Source: Candidatus Saccharimonadota bacterium (GTDB taxonomy: Bacteria; Patescibacteriota; Saccharimonadia; Saccharimonadales; Saccharimonadaceae). From it: DNA of 32,000 nucleotides. Location: positions 690,001 to 722,000 of the forward strand of contig JAIUPJ010000001.1 in the NCBI GenBank assembly GCA_020160975.1, read 5' to 3'. Below are positions 18,519-25,097 of the stretch, one piece after another; position 1 is the first letter of the stretch; each line of letters starts with the position of its first letter. The notes beneath the pieces are model-generated. The model was not told the origin of the DNA. It was given only the letters and a program-made list of their open reading frames with translations, and did no database searches. Both the position numbers and the translations under genes were made by a program.

Positions 18519-19136
18519 TTACTGCTTGGGCTGCGAAGACTCAAGGGCAATCAGTCCGAGTGGCTTGGCAACATAGACGATACGGCCGGCATCTGCACCG
18601 CCGAGCTCACAGCTATAGAGCGTCAATTTTGATTCTTTTGATGGCGCTTCAATTTCAATCTGATTTGGTTTGACATCAAAAACTTTTTCCACTTCGTACC
18701 CATAGCGTGTGCCATCGTAGTCAATCACAATCTTATCGCTCACGGCGAGCTTGTCAATATTATAAAATGGCGATTTCTCAATCGTGCTTTGGGGAGTTGG
18801 CTGGATGCTGAAACGGTGGGCCGCGATGATAAAGTTCCCGCCTTTTTTAGGATTGCCTCGTTCGGGATAGCGCCACTGCGCGCCTCGGTCGAGGGCTGCT
18901 TCGCCTGGGGCAAACGCAATGTTGACACCAATTTTTGGTATGATGACACGGTTTTCGGACTTTTGAGGTGTCGGCAAGGCTTTGACGTCGATTGGTTTCA
19001 TGGCTATGAGCGGTGCGACTGTCGGTGCCGCAACAAGCGAGAGGAGATATACACCGCTTCCCATGAGCAACACAGCAATGAGCCCTATCAGGCGAGATCC
19101 TCGCATGTACTGCTTCCGCGTCTTTATTTTTAGCAT
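18519..19136 (-). CDS. Sortase family transpeptidase
   Basis: N-terminal TM anchor, catalytic His in IIAAHRF, Cys in LTLYSCELGG (TLxTC-like) and a downstream Arg (GRIVYV). Confidence 0.8.
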   Translation of the reverse strand: MLKIKTRKQYMRGSRLIGLIAVLLMGSGVYLLSLVAAPTVAPLIAMKPIDVKALPTPQKSENRVIIPKIGVNIAFAPGEAALDRGAQWRYPERGNPKKGGNFIIAAHRFSIQPTPQSTIEKSPFYNIDKLAVSDKIVIDYDGTRYGYEVEKVFDVKPNQIEIEAPSKESKLTLYSCELGGADAGRIVYVAKPLGLIALESSQPKQ

Positions 19137-19204
19137 CTCAGAACCCTTACTCTATTACCATATCCACTATATCACTTTTATCCAGGGTGACAAATCTGAT
19201 GTAT

Positions 19205-19792
19205 TTACCACACCTGCTCTGGTAATAGCCGCAATATCTTGTAACAAAGGTACTGAATTCCTATCCACAGCATGCTCATCGCGGCGCAAAATCCTCCGAT
19301 TGTCAAAACTACGAGTGGCTCAAGACCTGTTTGTGGCGAGGCTAGCCGAAGTGCCGCAAACGGAACAATGATAAGAACGAGTTTGACCCACCAAGTGAGT
19401 GTAAATGTCAGAGTCGCTCGTTGTTTCTTGCTGAGCTTCTTGTGATTGACGGCCGGGGCAATGACTGTTGCTGTCGACTGAGTTACGCGGTGGCCCGTTT
19501 TTCCAATCGTTGTCGGTAGTTTTGTAAGTACATAAATCGTGAGGGCAAGAACCGCAAGCGTGAAGACGATCGCGATACCAGTCACGACAGGAGACAATAC
19601 TCCCAGCTCGATAGGTTGCTGGGGTGATGGCTCGGTCGGTTTGGGAATGAGCAGTCGCCATTTGTCCGATGTAATCAATGGGTAGCCGACGGTGACCAAT
19701 GCCCAGAGCCACTGCGTGAGAATCGATGCATAGCCGAGCGCGCCAAAGGTATTGGTAAGTGCTGTCTGCGCATGTGTCGCGGGTTTTGCCAT
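19205..19792 (-). CDS. Hypothetical polytopic membrane protein (4 predicted TM helices)
   Basis: The hydrophobic segment pattern indicates four TM helices. I use the ATG at 19792 (MAKPATH...) because TATCAT (19799-19804, minus strand) lies 6 nt upstream. The ORF-track extension to 19978 runs through apparently non-coding sequence. Confidence 0.55.
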   Translation of the reverse strand: MAKPATHAQTALTNTFGALGYASILTQWLWALVTVGYPLITSDKWRLLIPKPTEPSPQQPIELGVLSPVVTGIAIVFTLAVLALTIYVLTKLPTTIGKTGHRVTQSTATVIAPAVNHKKLSKKQRATLTFTLTWWVKLVLIIVPFAALRLASPQTGLEPLVVLTIGGFCAAMSMLWIGIQYLCYKILRLLPEQVW

Positions 19793-19986
19793 GGTTTTAT
19801 GATAGCATGAGCCAAGAAAAAGGAGGGCGAAAGGACTCACCAACGTTCCGCGGACGTGGAAATCAGGCAGATAACTAAATGGAAAGGACATCGGCTGAAG
19901 CCTCCTCCGCTTGCTTGAAATAAAAAATAGCTGACGCTGCTTTGTTTCTGCACTGCGCTGCGCCAAACTTCGGCCCAATTACGGAT

Positions 19987-20028
19987 CAAAGTAAAAAGAC
20001 TGGCATGAATGCCAGTCTTTTTACTTTG
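19987..20028. terminator. Bidirectional rho-independent terminator
   Basis: Perfect 42-nt palindrome CAAAGTAAAAAGACTGGCAT-GA-ATGCCAGTCTTTTTACTTTG. It has a GC-containing 9-bp core stem flanked by an A5 run on one side and a T5 run on the other. It is the only strong terminator I can see in the window. Confidence 0.8.
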
Positions 20029-20379
20029 GTCGGCTCAGAACGACACTCAACGAACCTATCTACAAAATAGTCTATATACGATTTTGCGAAACCATCAGCA
20101 ATTTAGAGATAAGGTCGAGAAGCTACAACGCATTGTCGATAACGCTGTAAAGCCAGAGGGCTTGGAGCTTATCAAGTTTGTGTAGCGTATAATGTAGATA
20201 ATATGAGCGACACCGACGAAACCAAAGAAAACACAATGCTTCAAGAAAGTGAAGCCGTAGAATTGCTACCACAACAATAAGCAACCGATACAAGCAACTG
20301 GGACAACAAAGTCTCTACCGACCCTAGTGGCGAAAAGTACATATGAGCAGAAGACGAAGAAGCCTAGGTACTGACGAGT

Positions 20380-20793
20380 TTATTGCGTCGCCCAGTCAGG
20401 CTTGGTTTGGCGAGTTATTTCGTCGAACTCGTGATAGTTATTAGTAAGCTCTTCGCCAGCTTGGATATCTTTATTTGCCACAAAATACGGCTCTGGCGAT
20501 ACGCTTTCATCAAAGACGACAGATAGGTTATGTTCGTCGGAGTGGTTTGTATACTCCGCTGGGTCATTTTCTGGCGGAAATACCCAGAGATTAGACCAAG
20601 GCGAAAAGTATGCTGTATGCGCCAGACGTTCTCTTTTATCTGATGGTAGTTTTTGCAACTCGTCATCAGTCAATCTTTGGTCGTGGTCTTGCTTGAATAA
20701 CCATACGATTTGACCTTTCGGAATATCGCCACTAGCAAACACACCCTGACCGTCAATCGCCGATTGAGAAACTTTTACATCAACTACGTACAT
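20380..20793 (-). CDS. SET-domain protein (putative protein lysine methyltransferase)
   Basis: AIDGQGVFASGDIPKGQIV (GxG/N-SET), EYTNHSDEHN (NHS motif) and GEELTNNYHEF (ELxxxY post-SET-like), in 137 aa. TATTAT (20800-20805, minus strand) lies 6 nt upstream of the ATG. Confidence 0.75.
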   Translation of the reverse strand: MYVVDVKVSQSAIDGQGVFASGDIPKGQIVWLFKQDHDQRLTDDELQKLPSDKRERLAHTAYFSPWSNLWVFPPENDPAEYTNHSDEHNLSVVFDESVSPEPYFVANKDIQAGEELTNNYHEFDEITRQTKPDWATQ

Positions 20794-20999
20794 AGTTCTA
20801 TAATAACAGCCCCCCTACCCATAGAACGTGTTGTTTTACGGAAGCTTGTAAACGCACTTGTCAGCTAAAAATACGTCAGTATCAAAAAATGGTTTGTTCT
20901 GCCATTTCACCCAACAATTACTAACTGGGGTCGGTATTGAAAAATCGCCCAACAACCTAAAATAGTCAGAACAGAGGTAGGAGGTTACCTTATTGTTAG

Positions 21000-21740
21000 C
21001 TACTGGGCTGTTTTATTGGCTTCGGTATTTTCTTTAAGACTATAGTGGTCAAGAACATGCCTGATATTTTCTGCTAGTTGAGAGGGGCTTACGTTGACGA
21101 AGACTTTGAGTGGGTGGTTATCTGGTAGATTAACGAAATAGTCTTCACGACGTTCAACATCCCAGTGCTGGATTGAGGTGCGTAGTTTATTGACCTCGTC
21201 AACTTTCTCCATGAGCTCAGTACCGTAGATACTAGACTTACCCGAAAGTTGGGATGCTAATTTAGTGACCTTTGTTACAAAACCTTTGGCAGTAAACTCG
21301 GGAAAGATCAGCTCTTTTCCGTCAATCTCTACTTTTCTCTCTTTGTTTTTGCGTATGTACAATTCGTACACCATACTCTCAAGTGAAGAATATAAACCAA
21401 GCAACCCTAAGGACAGTAGTTGGATATAAGTGTAGAAAAGCTCCTCATCAACTAGGTGGTGGCTGCCGTTAGTTGTCGTGGTCTTCAAAGCCCGTGATTT
21501 GATAGCTTCTGCCTTGTCTAATTCTCTTTTTGACTGGAAAAAGATAAGTTCTGCCATACTCGGCAACGATAACGATACTTGTTGACCACCTATATCAACA
21601 AACGCAGAGCCTCGTACTACCGACCCTACTGGAAGCTCTATGCCGTTGGGACCCTTAAATGGCTTAGTGGTCGTTGACTCAAAGAGAACACGAGGGTCAC
21701 CGTATTTGATTGACCTATATTTTCTATTGTTACTAGCCAT
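21000..21740 (-). CDS. Hypothetical 246-aa protein; possible HEPN-like RNase (two Rx4H motifs)
   Basis: I recognise no family. The N-terminal ~70 aa look beta-rich, and the rest looks helical. R187-TSIQ-H192 and R227-HVLD-H232 both fit the HEPN Rx4-6H signature in the C-terminal third. The gene lies 6 nt after the S51-like gene with AGGA upstream. Confidence 0.3.
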   Translation of the reverse strand: MASNNRKYRSIKYGDPRVLFESTTTKPFKGPNGIELPVGSVVRGSAFVDIGGQQVSLSLPSMAELIFFQSKRELDKAEAIKSRALKTTTTNGSHHLVDEELFYTYIQLLSLGLLGLYSSLESMVYELYIRKNKERKVEIDGKELIFPEFTAKGFVTKVTKLASQLSGKSSIYGTELMEKVDEVNKLRTSIQHWDVERREDYFVNLPDNHPLKVFVNVSPSQLAENIRHVLDHYSLKENTEANKTAQ

Positions 21741-21746
21741 ACAATC

Positions 21747-22343
21747 CTACTGTTCAAATACTTTATATTCACCCTCTTCTAAAGCGTAAATTGGTAGTGA
21801 ATTATCACCATATTCTTCAAGTTCACGCTTCGCCTGCTCCCAGTCAATACTGCCACGTGGGTCATCATCACCAAATGCTGAGTTGTAATGGGGTATAAGC
21901 TTGATTGGCAACATGCCAAGACCATCACCGCACTGTCTCCAGTCACAAGTCCAGTAGTGTGTAACCAGCAGATTAGAGCTAGCCGAGTTAGTTGCAACGA
22001 CTTTATCCTTGAATAACTCTAATAAATCAAACTGACGCATCCAGTACTGAATTAGGTGGTCATCTCCACCGTGGAAGTAGATAATATCAGCTTCGCTACA
22101 TTGTCTAGCAAAAGTATCGGGCATTGCTAAAGCAAATGATGGACTTACGCTATCTGGCAAATCTTCTGATATAGCGTCCGAGTAGCCTCGAAACTTTGCC
22201 TCCCAATACTCCCTGCCTTGTGCGAAATTACAGAGAAGAAACTTAGGATTATTGCCTAAGTTTTTGACAAGTTCCCTATGGAACTCTCGCTTGAGATTTG
22301 GTGCGTTTTTTATACCGCCAGAGTTAAGAACATACTTTGTCAT
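21747..22343 (-). CDS. Peptidase S51 / type 1 glutamine amidotransferase-like hydrolase
   Basis: YFHGGDDHLIQYW (GG[DN]xxxL) and VVATNSASSN (a GxSAG-like nucleophile region) in about 200 aa resemble PepE/cyanophycinase-type S51 proteins. I use the ATG at 22343, which forms an ATGA overlap with the upstream stop. Confidence 0.5.
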   Translation of the reverse strand: MTKYVLNSGGIKNAPNLKREFHRELVKNLGNNPKFLLCNFAQGREYWEAKFRGYSDAISEDLPDSVSPSFALAMPDTFARQCSEADIIYFHGGDDHLIQYWMRQFDLLELFKDKVVATNSASSNLLVTHYWTCDWRQCGDGLGMLPIKLIPHYNSAFGDDDPRGSIDWEQAKRELEEYGDNSLPIYALEEGEYKVFEQ

Positions 22344-22960
22344 CGAGCCAAATCCCAAGTTGCAATTTGTCTAACACAAGTCCCGTTAGTGCCCATCTCG
22401 AATAATCCAATCCTATTGAAGACCCCACTAAAAGTACTGACGTCACTAGGTAGCAGGTTCAGTACTTCAGGTTTGTGCTCTTTTAAACGAGTGAGTGTAA
22501 TATGTGGTCTAAACAAATCGCCGATAGCTGGATAGCCATACTTTTGCAGGTTCTCAAGCTTTAGTCCTGTTGCATCTTGCATTTTTGCGATGTCACTTTC
22601 ACGCATACCAGCTCTGACAGGGTTAATCGCATCAACGATAGCATTTTGAAGCCCTGTCAGCTCATCAGTCACTTTATATTCTGGGTCGACATAACCAACT
22701 CCAAAACCTTGCCCTAAAGAGTACTTTGTAGCGGTAGCTGAAACCACTTGCGTCTGTTTAGCAATCTCGTTTAGTAAGGCTTCGACATTTTGTATATCAG
22801 TCTCTTCTAGCTGAAACATATAAAGTGACATATGTGGATAAAACTTGCCTACCTCAAGAGTAAAAAAACTATCAAGACTACTTATTGTCTTGCTGGCTTC
22901 GATGGCTTTATCGGCTAGTTCTTTAGAGGGCAAAAGCACTATGTCACAAGGGATGCTCAT
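22340..22960 (-). CDS. 2H phosphoesterase superfamily protein (LigT / cyclic phosphodiesterase-like)
   Basis: Two HxS/T motifs in the expected context and spacing: FYPHMSLYMF and FRPHITLTRL. I use the ATG at 22960, with TATAAT (22968-22973, minus strand) 7 nt upstream. The ORF-track N-terminal extension to 23068 looks non-coding. Confidence 0.6.
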   Translation of the reverse strand: MSIPCDIVLLPSKELADKAIEASKTISSLDSFFTLEVGKFYPHMSLYMFQLEETDIQNVEALLNEIAKQTQVVSATATKYSLGQGFGVGYVDPEYKVTDELTGLQNAIVDAINPVRAGMRESDIAKMQDATGLKLENLQKYGYPAIGDLFRPHITLTRLKEHKPEVLNLLPSDVSTFSGVFNRIGLFEMGTNGTCVRQIATWDLAR

Positions 22961-23055
22961 ATTTTTAATTATATACCAGAAAACCGTCGAACCTAGATTA
23001 CAAGCTCTAATGATAGGCAGTATGGCTATGAGGAGAAGAAAACCAGAACACGTAA

Positions 23056-23448
23056 AAAGCAAGTGCACGACCGCTTAGTGATAAGCAGTTGAAGCAAGCC
23101 GAGCAAGTTGTAGCCGAAAGCCTAAAAGATAACCCAGAGTTATTCAATCTACAAGTACCATGAGGGCAAACTAGAGGAGCACCAACAGCTGATACGCCTA
23201 GATGAAGAAACTATAACTGGCAACAAGACTGAACTAGCTAAGCTTGATACTTCACTGGCAACTGAGCAAGAGTTCTACGAACTCACACGTTCTAAGTTGT
23301 TAAACATGCTTAAAACTAATGACATCATGACTTTTGACACTATATGTAATGAGTTCGTTGCGAACCTACGTGCTGGAGATGATTCCACCCCTGTCATAAA
23401 GCTAAATCCACCATACAATTTGATGGTGGATTTAGAAAAAGTTCCTTC
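23056..23448 (+). pseudogene. Frameshifted C-terminal remnant of a recombinase-like (large serine recombinase-type coiled-coil) gene
   Basis: There are two open segments with no usable start. Frame 1 (23056-23163) reads ...RPLSDKQLKQAEQVVAESLKDNPELFNLQVP*. Frame 2 (from 23126) reads ...YHEGKLEEHQQLIRLDEETITGNKTELAKLDTSLATEQEFYELTRSKLLNMLK...VIKLNPPYNLMVDLEK and runs into the tRNA. The heptad-rich texture resembles serine integrase C-termini, but the family call is weak. Confidence 0.35.
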
Positions 23449-23524
23449 TGGTCGGGGTGAAAGGACTCAAACCTTCGACCTCACGGTCCCAAACCGCGCG
23501 CGCTATCAACTGCGCCACACCCCG
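23449..23524 (-). tRNA. tRNA-Pro (anticodon UGG), CCA encoded
   Basis: The reverse complement folds as a cloverleaf: CGGGGTG TG GCGC AGTTGATA GCGC G CGCGG TTTGGGA CCGTG AGGTC GAAGG TTTGAGT CCTTT CACCCCG A CCA. The 7-bp acceptor stem is perfect, the anticodon loop is UU-UGG-GA with G37, and the length is 76 nt. Confidence 0.92.
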
Positions 23525-23610
23525 ATGTGATAAGGGTAGTATAACAAAAAAGTAGGTACATTACCAGAGGCAGAGTAGCTTTTATTGAGATATATGCGTA
23601 TCATAGCAGC

Positions 23611-25095
23611 ATGAAAGCGCGACTCAAGAAATTATCTATGACTCAACGGTTTTGGTCGATTACTGGTTCATCGGCCCTACTTGCATCTATCATCAGTTTG
23701 AGTGTCGGGATGCGTCAAAGTATATGGTTCGACGAGGCGTACTCTTTGCTGGTTGCCAGGCAGTCACCTACAGAAATTGTCCGCTTGGCGGGACTCGATA
23801 CGCACCCTCCGCTGTACTATCTTCTCCTCCATGGGTGGGGTAGCATATTTCACTGGGATGTCTTCTGGCTGCGCCTACTCAGCGTGATCGCGCTCGCTGC
23901 GTCGATTGTTGTCATGGGGATTCTGTTGAAGCGATTATTTGGTGCGCGCGTGGCGGCGGTAGCCGTTTTGGTCGTGGCGCTGTCACCATTGTTGCTGCGC
24001 TATGGGTTTGAGATTCGTATGTATTCGCTGGCATCGTTGATTGGCGTGACGGCGACCTATGCCATGGTGCGGGCGAACGAACAACATGCTTCGAGGCGAT
24101 GGTGGATCATGTATGCGGTGCTGGTTGCAGTAGGGATGTATACGCTCTACTACCTAGCGCTGCTCTGGGTGGCGCATGCAGTGTGGCTACTGATGCGCGC
24201 TATACGCAGTCGAAAGCGATACGAGGCTTGGTACCGTTGGCCATGGCTATGGGCATATGGAGGGGCGGTGGCACTCTTCCTGCCATGGCTACCGACGTTC
24301 TTGCGCCAAACAACCAACGGCGCATTGGCGCCAATTGGACAGCCAATGACTGCCGACACTGTGCTGGGGGTAGCAAGCTTTAATCTGCTCTATCAACCGC
24401 TGTGGCAGCTCGACATGATCCATTCGATCCTGTACCTGATGGCCCTCGTAGCAGCGATATTTGCAGTGTCGTACGCCTGGCGTCACGCGACGAGGCAGCA
24501 GCGCTCGTCACTCCTGCTTTTGGTGGCGTATATTGGTGTGCCGATTGGCGTGCTTGTGGTGGTGTCGTTTGCTAGGTCGATGTACGTCGAGCGGTATTTG
24601 TCTCACGTTGCGATCGGATTAATGGCGCTAGTTGGGATTAGTCTGGGACTGTGGTTGGCTTCTCGGTCTCGGCAAGCGCTTCTCGGAGCTGGTGTGATAA
24701 TTCTGGCGCTACTTGTGGGCTGTGCGCACCTAGTGACAACTGGCAATTATAATTTTCAACGTATGTCGAGACCGGATGTAAAGGGGATCAGCGAGGTGGC
24801 CACAAGCACATGCCGAGACAAGGGGGCAATTGTCGCGGCTGATCCGTATGTTGCGATTGAATTGATGGCCTATGCATCATCGACTTGTCCAATCTATTTC
24901 TACAGCGACAGTGCATATCTTGGGGGTGGCTACGCACCACTGAACGGCAGCCCCAACCAGCTGACGAGCAAGCAAATCGATTTGCCATATGAACGACTTT
25001 ACTACGTCTACTACGACACGCCGCAGCTTGCACTACACGGCGAGCCTCGGGGTACGATTGACTCTGACAATCTTCATGTCACGATATACCGATAG
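23611..25095 (+). CDS. GT-C fold glycosyltransferase, family 39 / ArnT-PMT-like
   Basis: About 12 TM helices, the FDEAYS acidic motif in the first extracytoplasmic loop, and a soluble C-terminal domain. TATCAT at 23599-23604 lies 6 nt before the ATG. Confidence 0.7.
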   Translation: MKARLKKLSMTQRFWSITGSSALLASIISLSVGMRQSIWFDEAYSLLVARQSPTEIVRLAGLDTHPPLYYLLLHGWGSIFHWDVFWLRLLSVIALAASIVVMGILLKRLFGARVAAVAVLVVALSPLLLRYGFEIRMYSLASLIGVTATYAMVRANEQHASRRWWIMYAVLVAVGMYTLYYLALLWVAHAVWLLMRAIRSRKRYEAWYRWPWLWAYGGAVALFLPWLPTFLRQTTNGALAPIGQPMTADTVLGVASFNLLYQPLWQLDMIHSILYLMALVAAIFAVSYAWRHATRQQRSSLLLLVAYIGVPIGVLVVVSFARSMYVERYLSHVAIGLMALVGISLGLWLASRSRQALLGAGVIILALLVGCAHLVTTGNYNFQRMSRPDVKGISEVATSTCRDKGAIVAADPYVAIELMAYASSTCPIYFYSDSAYLGGGYAPLNGSPNQLTSKQIDLPYERLYYVYYDTPQLALHGEPRGTIDSDNLHVTIYR

Positions 25096-25097
25096 CG

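Larger units (their letters stand above)
20029..23448. mobile_element. Putative degraded integrated element / genomic island at the 3' end of tRNA-Pro
   Basis: Composition shift by hand count on 60-nt lines: 21001-21060 = 23/60 GC and 22081-22140 = 22/60 GC. Flanking lines give 24001-24060 = 29/60 and 18061-18120 = 36/60. One edge is the tRNA-Pro 3' end. The other edge is the terminator plus a sequence resembling a tRNA 3' end (20027-20056). Recombinase-like and other gene debris lies at both edges. Confidence 0.5.

Noticed and set aside
19793-19978. N-terminal extension of the 19205-19978 ORF; also considered as a tRNA, SRP RNA or riboswitch (GGAGG...CCTCC ends, AGGCAGAT resembling part of 4.5S RNA)
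   Set aside because: The extension has no hydrophobic or conserved character, and the ATG at 19792 has a -10 box 6 nt upstream. I could not fold the region into a cloverleaf: the T-stem and acceptor do not pair. The SRP domain IV consensus (GGAA tetraloop with AGCA/GGA loops) is also absent. I kept only the similarity to the tRNA 3' half as a finding.
23297-23530. 77-aa plus-strand ORF from the track
   Set aside because: Its 3' third is the reverse complement of a canonical tRNA-Pro. Its 5' part is the tail of the frameshifted recombinase-like remnant, and the TTG start is an artefact of ORF calling.
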